Virus record (IMG/VR): IMGVR_UViG_3300034101_004588
Coordinates: 146,957-210,956 of that record
DNA: 64,000 nt
Strand: one strand, 5' to 3'
Positions 52,227 to 62,859 of this stretch are shown here, in pieces (the first letter of the stretch is position 1; every line of letters begins with the position of its first letter). The notes beneath the pieces are model-generated. The model worked only from the letters and a program-made list of their open reading frames with translations. It was not told the DNA's origin and ran no database searches. Both the position numbers and the translations under genes were made by a program.

Positions 52227-52883
52227 TTAATCGGTTTTTTCTTTTTCTAAAGAACCGCGAGACATTTTATCTTTTGCGGTCTCTTTGACTTCTTTAATCC
52301 ATTCATCATAATAATACCATTCAGGATATAAGGTATTGTTTCCTACTTTTAAAACTCTATTAGCTTGTAGTACCCCTATAGATTTAGGTGGTGAATTTTG
52401 CATACTTGCTATAGTTTCTGATATGCAATATTTGGGTTTTTCATTTCTTTTAACTATTTCAAAAAATCCTTTGTTGGGTCCTGATTTTATGTAATACACA
52501 GAATAATCTATAGCAAGAAAATCATAAAGATCTTTATATTGATTTTGTAGACCAGACCTTTGTAAAAATCCTTTGTCTATTATTTTTATAAAATATTGTT
52601 TAAGATTTGATTGCACTGATGGTTGAGATATAGTCATTGCAAATACTCCGTCTGGAAAAGAAGGATCTACTAAAACCACGAATTTGCCTTGTTTAAACGA
52701 AACTCCGTTGGTGCCTATTGGTTTGGTAGCTTTTTGATCTTTGTCTCTTTGCCATTTTGCTAAACTTTCTCTGAATTTATCTAAAGGCAATTGACCTGAT
52801 TGTAAGGTTTTTGCAGCTGTAGTGATTGCAGAAGATAAAAAATTTCCTATACCTTCTTCATATATTTCTTCAAATTTTAACAT
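52227..52883 (-). CDS. hypothetical protein
   Basis: 218 aa; MLKFEEIYEE N-terminus. Confidence 0.8.
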   Translation of the reverse strand: MLKFEEIYEEGIGNFLSSAITTAAKTLQSGQLPLDKFRESLAKWQRDKDQKATKPIGTNGVSFKQGKFVVLVDPSFPDGVFAMTISQPSVQSNLKQYFIKIIDKGFLQRSGLQNQYKDLYDFLAIDYSVYYIKSGPNKGFFEIVKRNEKPKYCISETIASMQNSPPKSIGVLQANRVLKVGNNTLYPEWYYYDEWIKEVKETAKDKMSRGSLEKEKTD

Positions 52884-52928
52884 AATCTTTATTTATTTAT
52901 GGTTTATAAGATAAATTATATAAAGAAC

Positions 52929-53207
52929 ATGAAAGAACCTCTTTTCATTTTAAACAATTATGTTTATTCTAATAAGATATATTCTGGCACATTTCCCATA
53001 TACACGGAAGAAACAAAGTGTATGTTGTCTCAGACTAATGAAGAAATTTTAGACTTAATGCAAGAATTAAATGAAAATGAAATTTTGGGTATATTAGATG
53101 AAAGCAGCACCCGTAGAAATGAAAGATTTATAGAGCCGGATTATACTTTAGATAGTAGAACTCCTCCAAGACCAACTCTTGAGAGCTATTTTTGGTTATA
53201 TGCCTAA
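52929..53207 (+). CDS. hypothetical protein
   Basis: ATG at 52929. Confidence 0.7.
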   Translation: MKEPLFILNNYVYSNKIYSGTFPIYTEETKCMLSQTNEEILDLMQELNENEILGILDESSTRRNERFIEPDYTLDSRTPPRPTLESYFWLYA

Positions 53208-53222
53208 ATATTAAATACAATT

Positions 53223-54095
53223 ATGGCTGGATTAAAATTATCGCAAATGACACCTGTAAGTGATATACAGGATGGAGACAGAATATTATTATCTCGCAAA
53301 ATAAACAACCTATGGCGTAGTTTTGTTTTGCCTGGAAGAATTCTAAGCAAATTAGAAACTGGTGGTGTAAACAGAGGAAACGGAACTCCAATATTCATGG
53401 ATAAATCTGGAGAAAATTTAAGATTTAGAACCTTTAAAAGCAGAAACGTTAATTTAGCAATAACTAATGATACAGATGAAATCTTTCTGGAAGCGAAGGT
53501 CAACGGAGCTAATAAAGGTACGGGTAATGATGGCGAACCTATTTTTGCTGGTAAAAATAGTCAAACAGGTACTTTAGAATTTAAAAGAATAAACACCGGT
53601 CGTAATTTAAGAATAGATGATAATCAAAATAGAGTATTGATATCGGTTCCACAAAATTTTTATTTTTTCCGACCAGCAAGACCTGCAAACCCGAACGTAC
53701 ATCCGGTTTTATATCGCAACTCCTGGTCAATGGATAATTTTAGAAACAGAGATTTTAGTACTGGTTGGTTGAGAATACCTGTTCAGGGAGCACCTGATAA
53801 TTGTGATTTGGCTTTAATAAGATGGAAAGTTAATTCAAATCCAGGTGGCAATAGTCAAATAAAAGCAGAAGTACGACAAAAATCTGGCGCCTCTGAATCC
53901 AATAGAATATCTATAGACAGTGTAGGTGGCGCAGGCCCTGCATTTGAAGGTGAGGAAATAATAACTACCGTAGTACAATTTGAACCAAGACAAAATTATT
54001 TTGAAATTAAAATAGATGCAACTGTAGGTGGAACGGCAAGAGTAGGAAATACTTTTTTAACTACTAGAGTTGTTTTGGAAGGCTTTTATTGTTAA
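53223..54095 (+). CDS. probable tail/baseplate structural protein
   Basis: MAGLKLSQMTP N-terminus; two G-x-x-IF...L-x-F(R/K) repeats typical of fibre proteins. Confidence 0.75.
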   Translation: MAGLKLSQMTPVSDIQDGDRILLSRKINNLWRSFVLPGRILSKLETGGVNRGNGTPIFMDKSGENLRFRTFKSRNVNLAITNDTDEIFLEAKVNGANKGTGNDGEPIFAGKNSQTGTLEFKRINTGRNLRIDDNQNRVLISVPQNFYFFRPARPANPNVHPVLYRNSWSMDNFRNRDFSTGWLRIPVQGAPDNCDLALIRWKVNSNPGGNSQIKAEVRQKSGASESNRISIDSVGGAGPAFEGEEIITTVVQFEPRQNYFEIKIDATVGGTARVGNTFLTTRVVLEGFYC

Positions 54096-54100
54096 AAGGA

Positions 54101-57100
54101 ATGAATGATGATATTAAACCCTATTCATACAATGAATGGCTGGCTAAGAATAGTCTTGTAGCAGAAGACGCTTATAAGGCTTATACAGGTTATTTAATAG
54201 ACTGGTATCATCAACATAAAGGTCAAGGCAAATCTTTAAAAAACGATTACATACAGCTTTTAAAAGATTTAAATTTTTTATTCAAAGACGAAGTTAAAAA
54301 TAGATTTTTAGCAGAAATTGATTTAGATAATGACGAAGAAATTATCAATGCCATACCTTATTTTGCTAGTAAAGTAAAAGAATTAATTCAAGTTTATAAT
54401 GAGAAAAGAAAAAATGTTAAGCGAGCTAAATTAAAACATAGCTTAAATTCTTCTTTTCGAGGTATAGAAACTTTATTATATGAACATATATTAAAAAGTT
54501 TTACTAAAAAAGGTCAATTAGTAGAAATACCTTTTAAAGAAATTGCAGATTTGTTGCCACAACTCAAAGATGTTAATGATAGGTTTTATATAGAGATAGA
54601 AGAAATATATGATAAATCAAACTATTTTGATGCATCTCCTGAGTTACCTGCAAATGCTTATGTAAACACAGAAGAACTTTTAAAATCTTCTGCGTATCAA
54701 AATTTTACAGACGAACAAATAAATTCTATAATACAATCAGGATTTTTAAACAGAGCCGCTAATAATCCTCTTTCTAGAATATTTGCTCAATTTATTTTTC
54801 CTGTAATAGAAGCAGAAGATGTAGAAGATCAAAGACCAATCACCTATTTAAATTCTATTAATACTATTAAAGCGAATCAAAAATATCTTGGTTCAGATTT
54901 ATATGGTTTAACAGCAATACGTTTAAGAGAAGTAGAAAAACCAGATTTAATTATATCTTTAAATGTACAACCTGGTAACAATTGGTTTTACTGGCCAAGC
55001 GGAGACAAGGTTTATTCTGAAACTATTATAGATAATATCTATTTTCCGATACCTATAAATTCTTCTAATTTAATAGACAACGGAGCCACAGCCGGAACAG
55101 GTATAAGTGATTCAGATTTAATTTTTACGGATAAAAGAGGATTCATAGAAGGTGCCTGGTTGCGTGGTCCTTATAATACAGAAATATATAAAAATGTTTC
55201 TGTTAATATAGAACCTAATAGTATAAGAGAATTTATATGGCCTTATACGGGATTTGAATTATCAGAAATTACTAATGAATGGGGAGGTCATGTTACCAAT
55301 GATAATTCTATTGGAACTTTTTATTTTTTACCAGCTCCGGAAAAAGAAAAAATATTAGAAAAATATTACACGACAAATTTACCTGCAGACTCTGCTCATC
55401 CAATATATTTAAATCAAACAGATTTTTTCAGACAAGGAAGCTTTGCAGCAGAAAATTCTTATGAATCAGATGTTATTTTAAAACAAAATAATAATCAAAA
55501 TATAAATTCTATATACAATGAAACAGTTGGAGAAACAGAAGCAGCATTTTTATATAAGTTTACCGAAACTAACCTACCTGTATTAAATGGTTTAAATACC
55601 TATTTATGGCCTTTAAAGAGAGTAGATACGGATCAAGAAAATATACCGATAAAAATAGATAATAAGTTTTGTTCACCTTTAGAATTAAGGTTTATTAATA
55701 TTAAAAAAAGTTTCAAAGGAGCTGTTGCTGGGTTAACTTTTGATACAGCCGATGTTATATTTAAAATAGATAAACAAAACGGTGTTCCCGTTGAGGCTGC
55801 TTGGTTAGCCTCACAACCAATAGGAGAATTAGATATAGTTAAAAATTCTATTAAAGTTTATAATAATAAAGCTGTTAATTGCCAACAATGTTTAGAAGGG
55901 CCTATACAAACTGGATTAAGCACTTTAATACAGCCAGGGCAATTTGTATCTTTTATATGGACTGGTGACGACACCTATTTGGACAATGTTGTTAAATTTG
56001 TAGAACATAACGATGGATGTCCTTATAAAAATATTAAAACGGATTATTATACTGATCAAGATTTTCGTAATGCCGTTCCTTTAGTTCAAAAAGAAAACAA
56101 ATGGGAAAAATGTAATTGTCGTTCTGTTTATTTTTCACCCATTGGGCATAAAGGAAATAATTTAACAGATTATGATGGTATTACAGATTTTATTTTTCAT
56201 GATCCAGAAGGTTTAGGAGATAATTTTACTTTTGATAGTTGGAAAGATTCTCGTAATTTAAAATATCGTAACAGTCCACAATTTGCTTTTTATCAATTAG
56301 ACAAACAAATTGTTTATAATAAAGACGTTATAGGTTGGGGTGTTGGAAGGTGGAAAACAGGATCATCTTCAAATAATGGAAGATTTGTATTAAGAACAGG
56401 TAGAAGATATACCTACTATCGTTCAAATTTTAAAACAGTTAATTCTGAAACTGTTCCTTATTTGGTCATAAATCATCCCTATGAATCTCAAACTGTTAAC
56501 TGTGTAACTCCTAACTGTTTTGATATGGTTATTTGTGTTGATTTGAGTGTGTCTCAAAAATATAATTTAGATGTCAGTAAAAAAATAGTAGAAGAAATAG
56601 TTAGAGCTAAACCTATTAATTCTCAAATTGCTATAGTGGCTTTTGATTTAGAAGGTTCAATACTATCTTATTTAGAACAAACCCCAGACACAGTCACATT
56701 ATTTGAACGAATGGCTACTTTAGGAAATAGAGTAGAGTTTTATCGCACCAACATATATGATGCATTAGAGTTAGCAAACACTATATTAACAACAACAATT
56801 ACTCAAGGTACAACTGTTAAAAATTTTAAACGATTATGTGCAGATTTAAATGCTACTTTAGTAGCAGCTCAAGAGACTTTAGTCTTGAATGACCCTCAAG
56901 AAGATTGTGACAAAAAAATAGTCATTATAAGTGATGGGGCTAGTAATGTGTTTACTAAAACTGGTTTAAATTATGCAGAAAGATTAAAAGGAAAAGGAAT
57001 AAAAATTCACGGTATAGATATCGGTATGTTATCAAAATATAACGATAACTTAGAAACAATGTCGTCTTCTAATTTTTATTTTAATTTAGAAAAATTTTTA

Positions 57101-58711
57101 ACTCTTAGTGACGGAGATATAGAAGACTTTTTATCTTTCTTTATAGGTTCTGTTAATGGTTGTGTACCTGAGGTGGGAAGATGGAATTTAGCTACAAGAT
57201 CAGCAGATGGAAATTGGACTGGTGAACATGAACAATCTCCCATGATTATTCGTCCTGGAGATTATATAATTTATTTGCACCGAGAAGAGATTAGTTATCT
57301 CTCGCCAGTTAATGGAACTGTAGCTTTTACTCAACCTTCAATCAACTTTACTTTAGACGCTCCTTTAGAAGGTTGGAGTTATCTTACGAATACTTTTGAT
57401 GACAATGCTTCTTACGAAGTATCTGGTGCAAGACCATATTGGGCTGAAGCTTATGTTGATCCTCTCAATGATGTACAAAGAGAAGGATATACAGTTGATG
57501 TAAATTTTGATAAAAACTCTATGTATTCTGGAGGTCATGTAAGATGGGTAGAAAATTATTTGCCGGTCACACAACCAGATATTTCTAAAATGGTCTTAAC
57601 CAATGGAAATTTTATTCAATATAAACGCAACAAAACAGAAAGTTTGCTTTTAAAACAAAGAGTTAAATTTGATAGACCAGTAGAAGGTAAGGTTTGGTGT
57701 AAATTGGAATTTACAAAACAATTTTCTAAAATAGAAAAATTATTACAAAGTAATAAATTAGAATATATTGTAGAGCCTACCTATGAAGAATCAGATTTAG
57801 ATTTAGAAGGTTTTTATGAATTTAAAAATTCTCGATACAATTATTTTGCTCGTAATGCTTTTGATTATAGTCAGGAATTATTTTTAATTAATAAATGTAG
57901 GGATAATTTTGTAGTATTTACATCCGGAAGAGTATTACAAGCAGAAATGCCTTATGCTCATTTAGATAACGTTAATTTTCCAACTGTAGCTTCAGTTCCC
58001 CTTCCTTATAATTTTGTTACTAAAACAGAAGTTGGAGAATATTTGTTACCTACTAAATTTGGAGTTTCTTATTTTAGAGGCAAGGGCCATTCTATTAGTT
58101 TAGATCCTCAAAGCTTAACTACTTTAGACGCTATGAGTGCTGAAAGATTATTTTTAGACCCAACAAATTATGGTCCTATTACTAGAGGTTTAACTAAAAC
58201 AAATAATTATTCTCCTACTAAAATTGATTATGTTGACAATAGATGGATGATAGCTCCTTACGGATCTGGAGATTATTCCGGAACTGTAATTGATACAGTA
58301 GCTAATCAAAAGTTTACTGCCTATCAAAGTAGCTATGAAGTATATGGGCAAAATGAATTTGGAGTATCAAGGCAAGTTGACAATACACAATTTTATACCG
58401 GAGGGTTTCCGCCTGTGTGGAATGATCCAATAAATTATCCGTTGACCTATAGAGGAGAAGTGAAACCTCAGGATTATTTATTGCGTCGAGATAAATTATT
58501 AGGTGATGTAGGTATTATAACATCTTGGAAGACAGATATTTATGGAAACAATTATGGTTTGTTTAAATCTCGAGAAGATCAAAACAGATTACAAACTGAA
58601 GTTCCAGAAGACATAAAGACAGACAAAGAAAACTTCCAATTAAGAGAGACTGAGTATTTAACTTATAATGTCAGAGAACAAGATGCTTTAGATTTTGAGG
58701 TAGACCTTTAA
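54101..58711 (+). CDS. very large probable virion protein with a VWA domain
   Basis: DMVICVDLSVSQ (DxSxS MIDAS), TNIYDAL, KIVIISDGASN, IHGIDIG; ATG at 54101. Confidence 0.85.
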   Translation: MNDDIKPYSYNEWLAKNSLVAEDAYKAYTGYLIDWYHQHKGQGKSLKNDYIQLLKDLNFLFKDEVKNRFLAEIDLDNDEEIINAIPYFASKVKELIQVYNEKRKNVKRAKLKHSLNSSFRGIETLLYEHILKSFTKKGQLVEIPFKEIADLLPQLKDVNDRFYIEIEEIYDKSNYFDASPELPANAYVNTEELLKSSAYQNFTDEQINSIIQSGFLNRAANNPLSRIFAQFIFPVIEAEDVEDQRPITYLNSINTIKANQKYLGSDLYGLTAIRLREVEKPDLIISLNVQPGNNWFYWPSGDKVYSETIIDNIYFPIPINSSNLIDNGATAGTGISDSDLIFTDKRGFIEGAWLRGPYNTEIYKNVSVNIEPNSIREFIWPYTGFELSEITNEWGGHVTNDNSIGTFYFLPAPEKEKILEKYYTTNLPADSAHPIYLNQTDFFRQGSFAAENSYESDVILKQNNNQNINSIYNETVGETEAAFLYKFTETNLPVLNGLNTYLWPLKRVDTDQENIPIKIDNKFCSPLELRFINIKKSFKGAVAGLTFDTADVIFKIDKQNGVPVEAAWLASQPIGELDIVKNSIKVYNNKAVNCQQCLEGPIQTGLSTLIQPGQFVSFIWTGDDTYLDNVVKFVEHNDGCPYKNIKTDYYTDQDFRNAVPLVQKENKWEKCNCRSVYFSPIGHKGNNLTDYDGITDFIFHDPEGLGDNFTFDSWKDSRNLKYRNSPQFAFYQLDKQIVYNKDVIGWGVGRWKTGSSSNNGRFVLRTGRRYTYYRSNFKTVNSETVPYLVINHPYESQTVNCVTPNCFDMVICVDLSVSQKYNLDVSKKIVEEIVRAKPINSQIAIVAFDLEGSILSYLEQTPDTVTLFERMATLGNRVEFYRTNIYDALELANTILTTTITQGTTVKNFKRLCADLNATLVAAQETLVLNDPQEDCDKKIVIISDGASNVFTKTGLNYAERLKGKGIKIHGIDIGMLSKYNDNLETMSSSNFYFNLEKFLTLSDGDIEDFLSFFIGSVNGCVPEVGRWNLATRSADGNWTGEHEQSPMIIRPGDYIIYLHREEISYLSPVNGTVAFTQPSINFTLDAPLEGWSYLTNTFDDNASYEVSGARPYWAEAYVDPLNDVQREGYTVDVNFDKNSMYSGGHVRWVENYLPVTQPDISKMVLTNGNFIQYKRNKTESLLLKQRVKFDRPVEGKVWCKLEFTKQFSKIEKLLQSNKLEYIVEPTYEESDLDLEGFYEFKNSRYNYFARNAFDYSQELFLINKCRDNFVVFTSGRVLQAEMPYAHLDNVNFPTVASVPLPYNFVTKTEVGEYLLPTKFGVSYFRGKGHSISLDPQSLTTLDAMSAERLFLDPTNYGPITRGLTKTNNYSPTKIDYVDNRWMIAPYGSGDYSGTVIDTVANQKFTAYQSSYEVYGQNEFGVSRQVDNTQFYTGGFPPVWNDPINYPLTYRGEVKPQDYLLRRDKLLGDVGIITSWKTDIYGNNYGLFKSREDQNRLQTEVPEDIKTDKENFQLRETEYLTYNVREQDALDFEVDL

Positions 58712-58730
58712 GAAAAAAAATATAAAATAC

Positions 58731-58736
58731 TAAATA
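58731..58736 (+). promoter_or_regulatory. late promoter core TAAATA
   Basis: 6 nt before the portal ATG. Confidence 0.55.
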
Positions 58737-58742
58737 TATTCC

Positions 58743-60653
58743 ATGGCAACAGACATTTTCCCAACTAGTAATATGCAACCCGATCAAGGTAGAGGGTTTA
58801 TCAACTCTATATTATCTCGTTTGCCTTATGTTAAAAATACAGTAGAAACTGGAACCAACAATCCTCGTTATGAATTGTTTGATCGCTTGAGCAAAAGACA
58901 AGAATATAGAGTATTACAGCAATCTGTTATTACTGGACCATTTTTAACACAAAATAATGATATCTATAACCCAAATACATTTGCTTCAGATCAAGGTTAT
59001 CATCGCTATATTTATGCTAATATAGATAGCGATAAAATTAGAAGATTAGCTGAGTATCGACGTATAGCAGCATTTGCAGAGGTTAGTGATTGTTTGGATG
59101 AAATATGTGATGAATTTATTAGTAAAGATGATGAAGGCAAAATAATTAAATTGTCTTTTAACGGTTTTGAAAAATTAAATCCAGAAGAAAGAAAAGAAAT
59201 AGAAAAAGAATTTTATAAATTTATTAACATTTTTGATTTGCCGGACAAGGGATGGGGATATTGTCGCCAAATGCTCACAGAAGGGGAAATATTTTTTGAA
59301 AATGTTGTTTCAGAAAGAAAAGAAGATTTGGGAGTTATAGGTGTTCTAAATGTACCAGGAGAACTTATTAATCCAATATATGATAACGTGCAAAACAATG
59401 TTATACAAAATTTTGTTTTTCAAAAACCTATCAATCTTTTACAACAACAAAACCAACAACCACAGACTCAAAAAGACGGTCAATATCCTAATATACCGTC
59501 AACACCTAATCCAATTAATAATAATTTAACCCCTAATAACGTTTTACAACATCAAGTTGTAACATTACAAGGCAATCAGGTAACCTATATTAATTCTGGT
59601 TTATGGAACGAAGACATGACTATTCGTATTCCGTTTATTGAAAATTGTCGTCGAGCTTATAAGCAATTGTCTTTATTAGAAGATGCTATTGTCATTTATC
59701 GTTTAGTTAGAGCTCCCGAAAGATTAAAATTTGTTATTGATGTCGGTAATATGCCTCCAGCCAAAGCAGAAGCTTATATTCGTCAATTGATGCAAAAATA
59801 TTGGACAAAAAAGACTTATGACACTCAAAGTGGTGGAGCCGCTGGAAACATTTATGATCCACAGTCTATGTTAGATTCTTTTTGGTTCGCTAAAAGAGCC
59901 GGAGAACAAGGATCTAATGTTGAAGTGTTACAAGGAGGACAAAATTTAGGACAATTAGATGATTTAAATTATTTTGTTCTTAAATTATATAAGAGCTTAA
60001 AAGTACCTACTACTCGTTTAAATCCTAATGAATCCTTTAAAGATGGTTCAGAAATATTAAGAGAAGAACTAAGATTTGCTAAATTTATTATTAGATTACA
60101 AAATCAATTTGCTCAAGGATTGAAAAATTCTTTTGTTACACATCTTAAATTAAGAGGTTGGTGGAAACAATATAAATTACACGAATCTTATTTTGATTTA
60201 TCTTTTAATCCTCCATCTAATTTCTTTGCAATAAGACAACAAAATCTTTTTGAATTAAAGTATAAAAACTTTAATGATATGAGCGGTAATGATGGTATAT
60301 CTAATACGTTTGCTCAGCGACATTATTTGGGACTGAATGATGCTAAGATCAGTGAGAACATGGAATGGAAACGCAAAGATGCAGCTTTAAATTGGGAATT
60401 ACAACAAATACAATCACTAGGACCTAATTGGAGAGAACAATTAGAGGTTGCCGAAACTGCCATGAAAGCTGGTGGATTAGGAGCAGGTAAAGAATCACCT
60501 ATTGGAGGTGGAGGATCTAGTAGTCCCACAGAAATACCAGAATTTGGAGGAGGGGAAACACCTCCAGCAGAAGAAGCTCCAGCTGCTCTAGAGACAACAC
60601 CAGAAACAGAAACAAGTCCCGCTCTAGAAGCAACTCCAGAAACACCGGTTTAA
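58743..60653 (+). CDS. gp20: portal vertex protein (T4 gp20 family)
   Basis: LEDAIVIYRLVRAPERLKFVIDVGNMP..KAEAY; QGGQNLGQLDDLNYF..KLYKSLKVP..RL; EILREELRFAKFI. Confidence 0.95.
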   Translation: MATDIFPTSNMQPDQGRGFINSILSRLPYVKNTVETGTNNPRYELFDRLSKRQEYRVLQQSVITGPFLTQNNDIYNPNTFASDQGYHRYIYANIDSDKIRRLAEYRRIAAFAEVSDCLDEICDEFISKDDEGKIIKLSFNGFEKLNPEERKEIEKEFYKFINIFDLPDKGWGYCRQMLTEGEIFFENVVSERKEDLGVIGVLNVPGELINPIYDNVQNNVIQNFVFQKPINLLQQQNQQPQTQKDGQYPNIPSTPNPINNNLTPNNVLQHQVVTLQGNQVTYINSGLWNEDMTIRIPFIENCRRAYKQLSLLEDAIVIYRLVRAPERLKFVIDVGNMPPAKAEAYIRQLMQKYWTKKTYDTQSGGAAGNIYDPQSMLDSFWFAKRAGEQGSNVEVLQGGQNLGQLDDLNYFVLKLYKSLKVPTTRLNPNESFKDGSEILREELRFAKFIIRLQNQFAQGLKNSFVTHLKLRGWWKQYKLHESYFDLSFNPPSNFFAIRQQNLFELKYKNFNDMSGNDGISNTFAQRHYLGLNDAKISENMEWKRKDAALNWELQQIQSLGPNWREQLEVAETAMKAGGLGAGKESPIGGGGSSSPTEIPEFGGGETPPAEEAPAALETTPETETSPALEATPETPV

Positions 60654-60669
60654 AACATAAGTAAATCAT

Positions 60670-61008
60670 ATGACCTATGATATACCGGATCATCGCCAAG
60701 GAGATACTTGGGATGGAATAAATTCAATTTGTATACAAGTAAATGGGATACCTGCGAATCTTACAGGCGCATCAATTAAAGCTGATTTTCGTCGTTCTAT
60801 AGATTCTCCAGTAGTCTTATCTTTTTCGTCAACAAATGGAAGTATAATTGTTACAGACGCATCAGGTGGGATTATACAATTTCCTCCTAGATTAATAAAA
60901 ATTCCTCCTGGAAAATATTTTTATGATTTACAAGTAACGTATCCGACCGGAGTTGTTAAAACATATTTTTCCGGAACTTGGATTATTATATCTGATTTCA
61001 CAAAATAA
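60670..61008 (+). CDS. baseplate/tail accessory protein (BppU N-terminal-like)
   Basis: QGDTW...NLTGASIKADFR...GKYFYDLQVT..G.V.T...G. Confidence 0.75.
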   Translation: MTYDIPDHRQGDTWDGINSICIQVNGIPANLTGASIKADFRRSIDSPVVLSFSSTNGSIIVTDASGGIIQFPPRLIKIPPGKYFYDLQVTYPTGVVKTYFSGTWIIISDFTK

Positions 61009-61011
61009 CCA

Positions 61012-61656
61012 ATGTCTAATTGTTTTTTTAATTATATATCTGCTACAGATCTTGTTACCTATTCAATTAACATAGGAGATAATATTAATAGTGCTTTTAT
61101 AGTTTCTCATAATTTAGGCACAAAAGATGTGTCTGTAACTGTTAGAGACACTCAAACTAATCTTTTAGCTTATCCTGCTATTGAAATAATAACATTAAGC
61201 TCAATACAATTATCATTTAATTTTGTCCCAGTTTTAACTGCTTATGATGTAACAATATTTGCTGCAGCTTCTACTTTAAGAGTAGAACCGTTTTCAGATA
61301 GAGTAGTTATAAATATTAATGAACAACCGGCACAAAGCATTAGTATTAATGTTAGTGGAGGAGGGGATAATGTAGTTATAAATGCCGCAGATATTGTGGC
61401 TCAATGGGGGTCTATTACAGGTATTTTATCAACTCAAACCGATCTTTGGTCAGTTTTGTCTGCAAAAGCCTTGCAACAAGATTTAAATGTTCTACAAACT
61501 TTGATACAATCATTTAGCAGTATTTGGGGTCAGGATATACAAACTTTAAGTTATACTCCTTCTTCTGTACAAATATCTATATCCAATGGTAATACCATTA
61601 CCATGAATAATTTAGCTACTAAACCTTTAGCTCTTGCCTATGCAATAGCTTTATAA
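61012..61656 (+). CDS. probable virion structural protein
   Basis: HNLGTKDVSVTV; WGSITGILSTQTDL; LALAYAIAL end. Confidence 0.8.
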   Translation: MSNCFFNYISATDLVTYSINIGDNINSAFIVSHNLGTKDVSVTVRDTQTNLLAYPAIEIITLSSIQLSFNFVPVLTAYDVTIFAAASTLRVEPFSDRVVININEQPAQSISINVSGGGDNVVINAADIVAQWGSITGILSTQTDLWSVLSAKALQQDLNVLQTLIQSFSSIWGQDIQTLSYTPSSVQISISNGNTITMNNLATKPLALAYAIAL

Positions 61657-61659
61657 ATA
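61652..61659 (+). promoter_or_regulatory. T4-type late promoter box
   Basis: TATAAATA upstream of the GTG at 61671. Confidence 0.6.
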
Positions 61660-61670
61660 AATATTATAAC

Positions 61671-62840
61671 GTGAAGACTCTTGTAACAAATTATACATTT
61701 TCAGCTACAGCAAAACAAATTACATTTGTAGATTATTTATCTTTAAAGCTTGATCAGATTCTTCTTATAACTAATGTTACAAACAATATTATAATATACA
61801 ATTTTGCAGACCCTACAGCAGGTGGCACTCTTGTAGGAAATGTTCTTACTTTATTGTATAACACTACCACAATGTCAGATAGTGATAGGTTACAAATTTT
61901 TATAGATGATTATGCCGTACCTGCTACCGAAGCTTCTCTAACCGCAGTACAAGTTAAAATAGATAATACTAATACTTTACTAAACGTTTTAACAGCTAAA
62001 CAAGACACTTTTAACTTTGATATATCTTCGGTTAATGTAAATACAAATGAACTTGAAGGTTTAACTAGAACTATTAATGTTAGTATTACAGCAACAAACA
62101 CTAGATTAGATGTTTTGACTGCTGTTGATTATGCTACTAGAGCAAATCAAAATTCTCAAATTACATTATTAAACTCTTTAACTGCTAGTACTGATGAATT
62201 AGAGGGCTTAACTAGAACCGTTAATGCAAGCGTAACAGCAACAAATAACAACTTAGTAACTTTTAATAGACAGCTTACAGGTCAAGTTTTAGCTTTTAAT
62301 AATCAATTATCAGGTCAGGTACAAACTTTAAACACCCAGTTAACTGGACAACTCTTAACAATAAATCAAAATGTAAGTTCTACTAATCCTAGACTTTCAA
62401 GTATAGATACAAAGCTAACAACACTTATAAATCAAACTGATCAAATTGAAGGCTATGTAGATCTAGTTGAAACAAAATTAGATACTGTTATTGATAATAC
62501 ATCTTACAAGGTATATCAGCAAAGCTTTCCTAACAATTATAGAACATCACAAGGCCCGGTTTCAGGTATTGATATACAAGGCTTTGAAATATGGTCAGTG
62601 GAAGGTACATCGTTCGCTGGTTATGATCAATATCTGCAGATAGTTGAAAATGGTGTCCCACAATTTGTATTGTTTTCACAATTAATAAAACCTGGTGAAA
62701 ATTTTAAATTTAATTTTAGACAAAATGGACCCGGTCAAATTTTTATAGGGGGTTCTGGAGGTTCAGTGAGAAATAGTCTTACTCCGTTCTCTCATACCCC
62801 TGGTAATAATGATTTGTATTTGCTAGTGAGAGGAACATAA
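61671..62840 (+). CDS. probable tail-fibre-like structural protein
   Basis: NYTFSATAKQITF...ILLITNVTNNIIIYNFAD; internal ELEGLTRT(I/V)N and (Q)LTGQ repeats. Confidence 0.8.
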   Translation: MKTLVTNYTFSATAKQITFVDYLSLKLDQILLITNVTNNIIIYNFADPTAGGTLVGNVLTLLYNTTTMSDSDRLQIFIDDYAVPATEASLTAVQVKIDNTNTLLNVLTAKQDTFNFDISSVNVNTNELEGLTRTINVSITATNTRLDVLTAVDYATRANQNSQITLLNSLTASTDELEGLTRTVNASVTATNNNLVTFNRQLTGQVLAFNNQLSGQVQTLNTQLTGQLLTINQNVSSTNPRLSSIDTKLTTLINQTDQIEGYVDLVETKLDTVIDNTSYKVYQQSFPNNYRTSQGPVSGIDIQGFEIWSVEGTSFAGYDQYLQIVENGVPQFVLFSQLIKPGENFKFNFRQNGPGQIFIGGSGGSVRNSLTPFSHTPGNNDLYLLVRGT

Positions 62841-62859
62841 TTGTAATAAATAACTAAAA

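Noticed and set aside
4197-61910. Other antisense ORFs nested in long genes (e.g. 4197, 6654, 9538, 11634, 19262, 21448, 42782, 53204, 57365, 59213, 60323)
   Set aside because: Fully overlapped by well-supported genes on the opposite strand.
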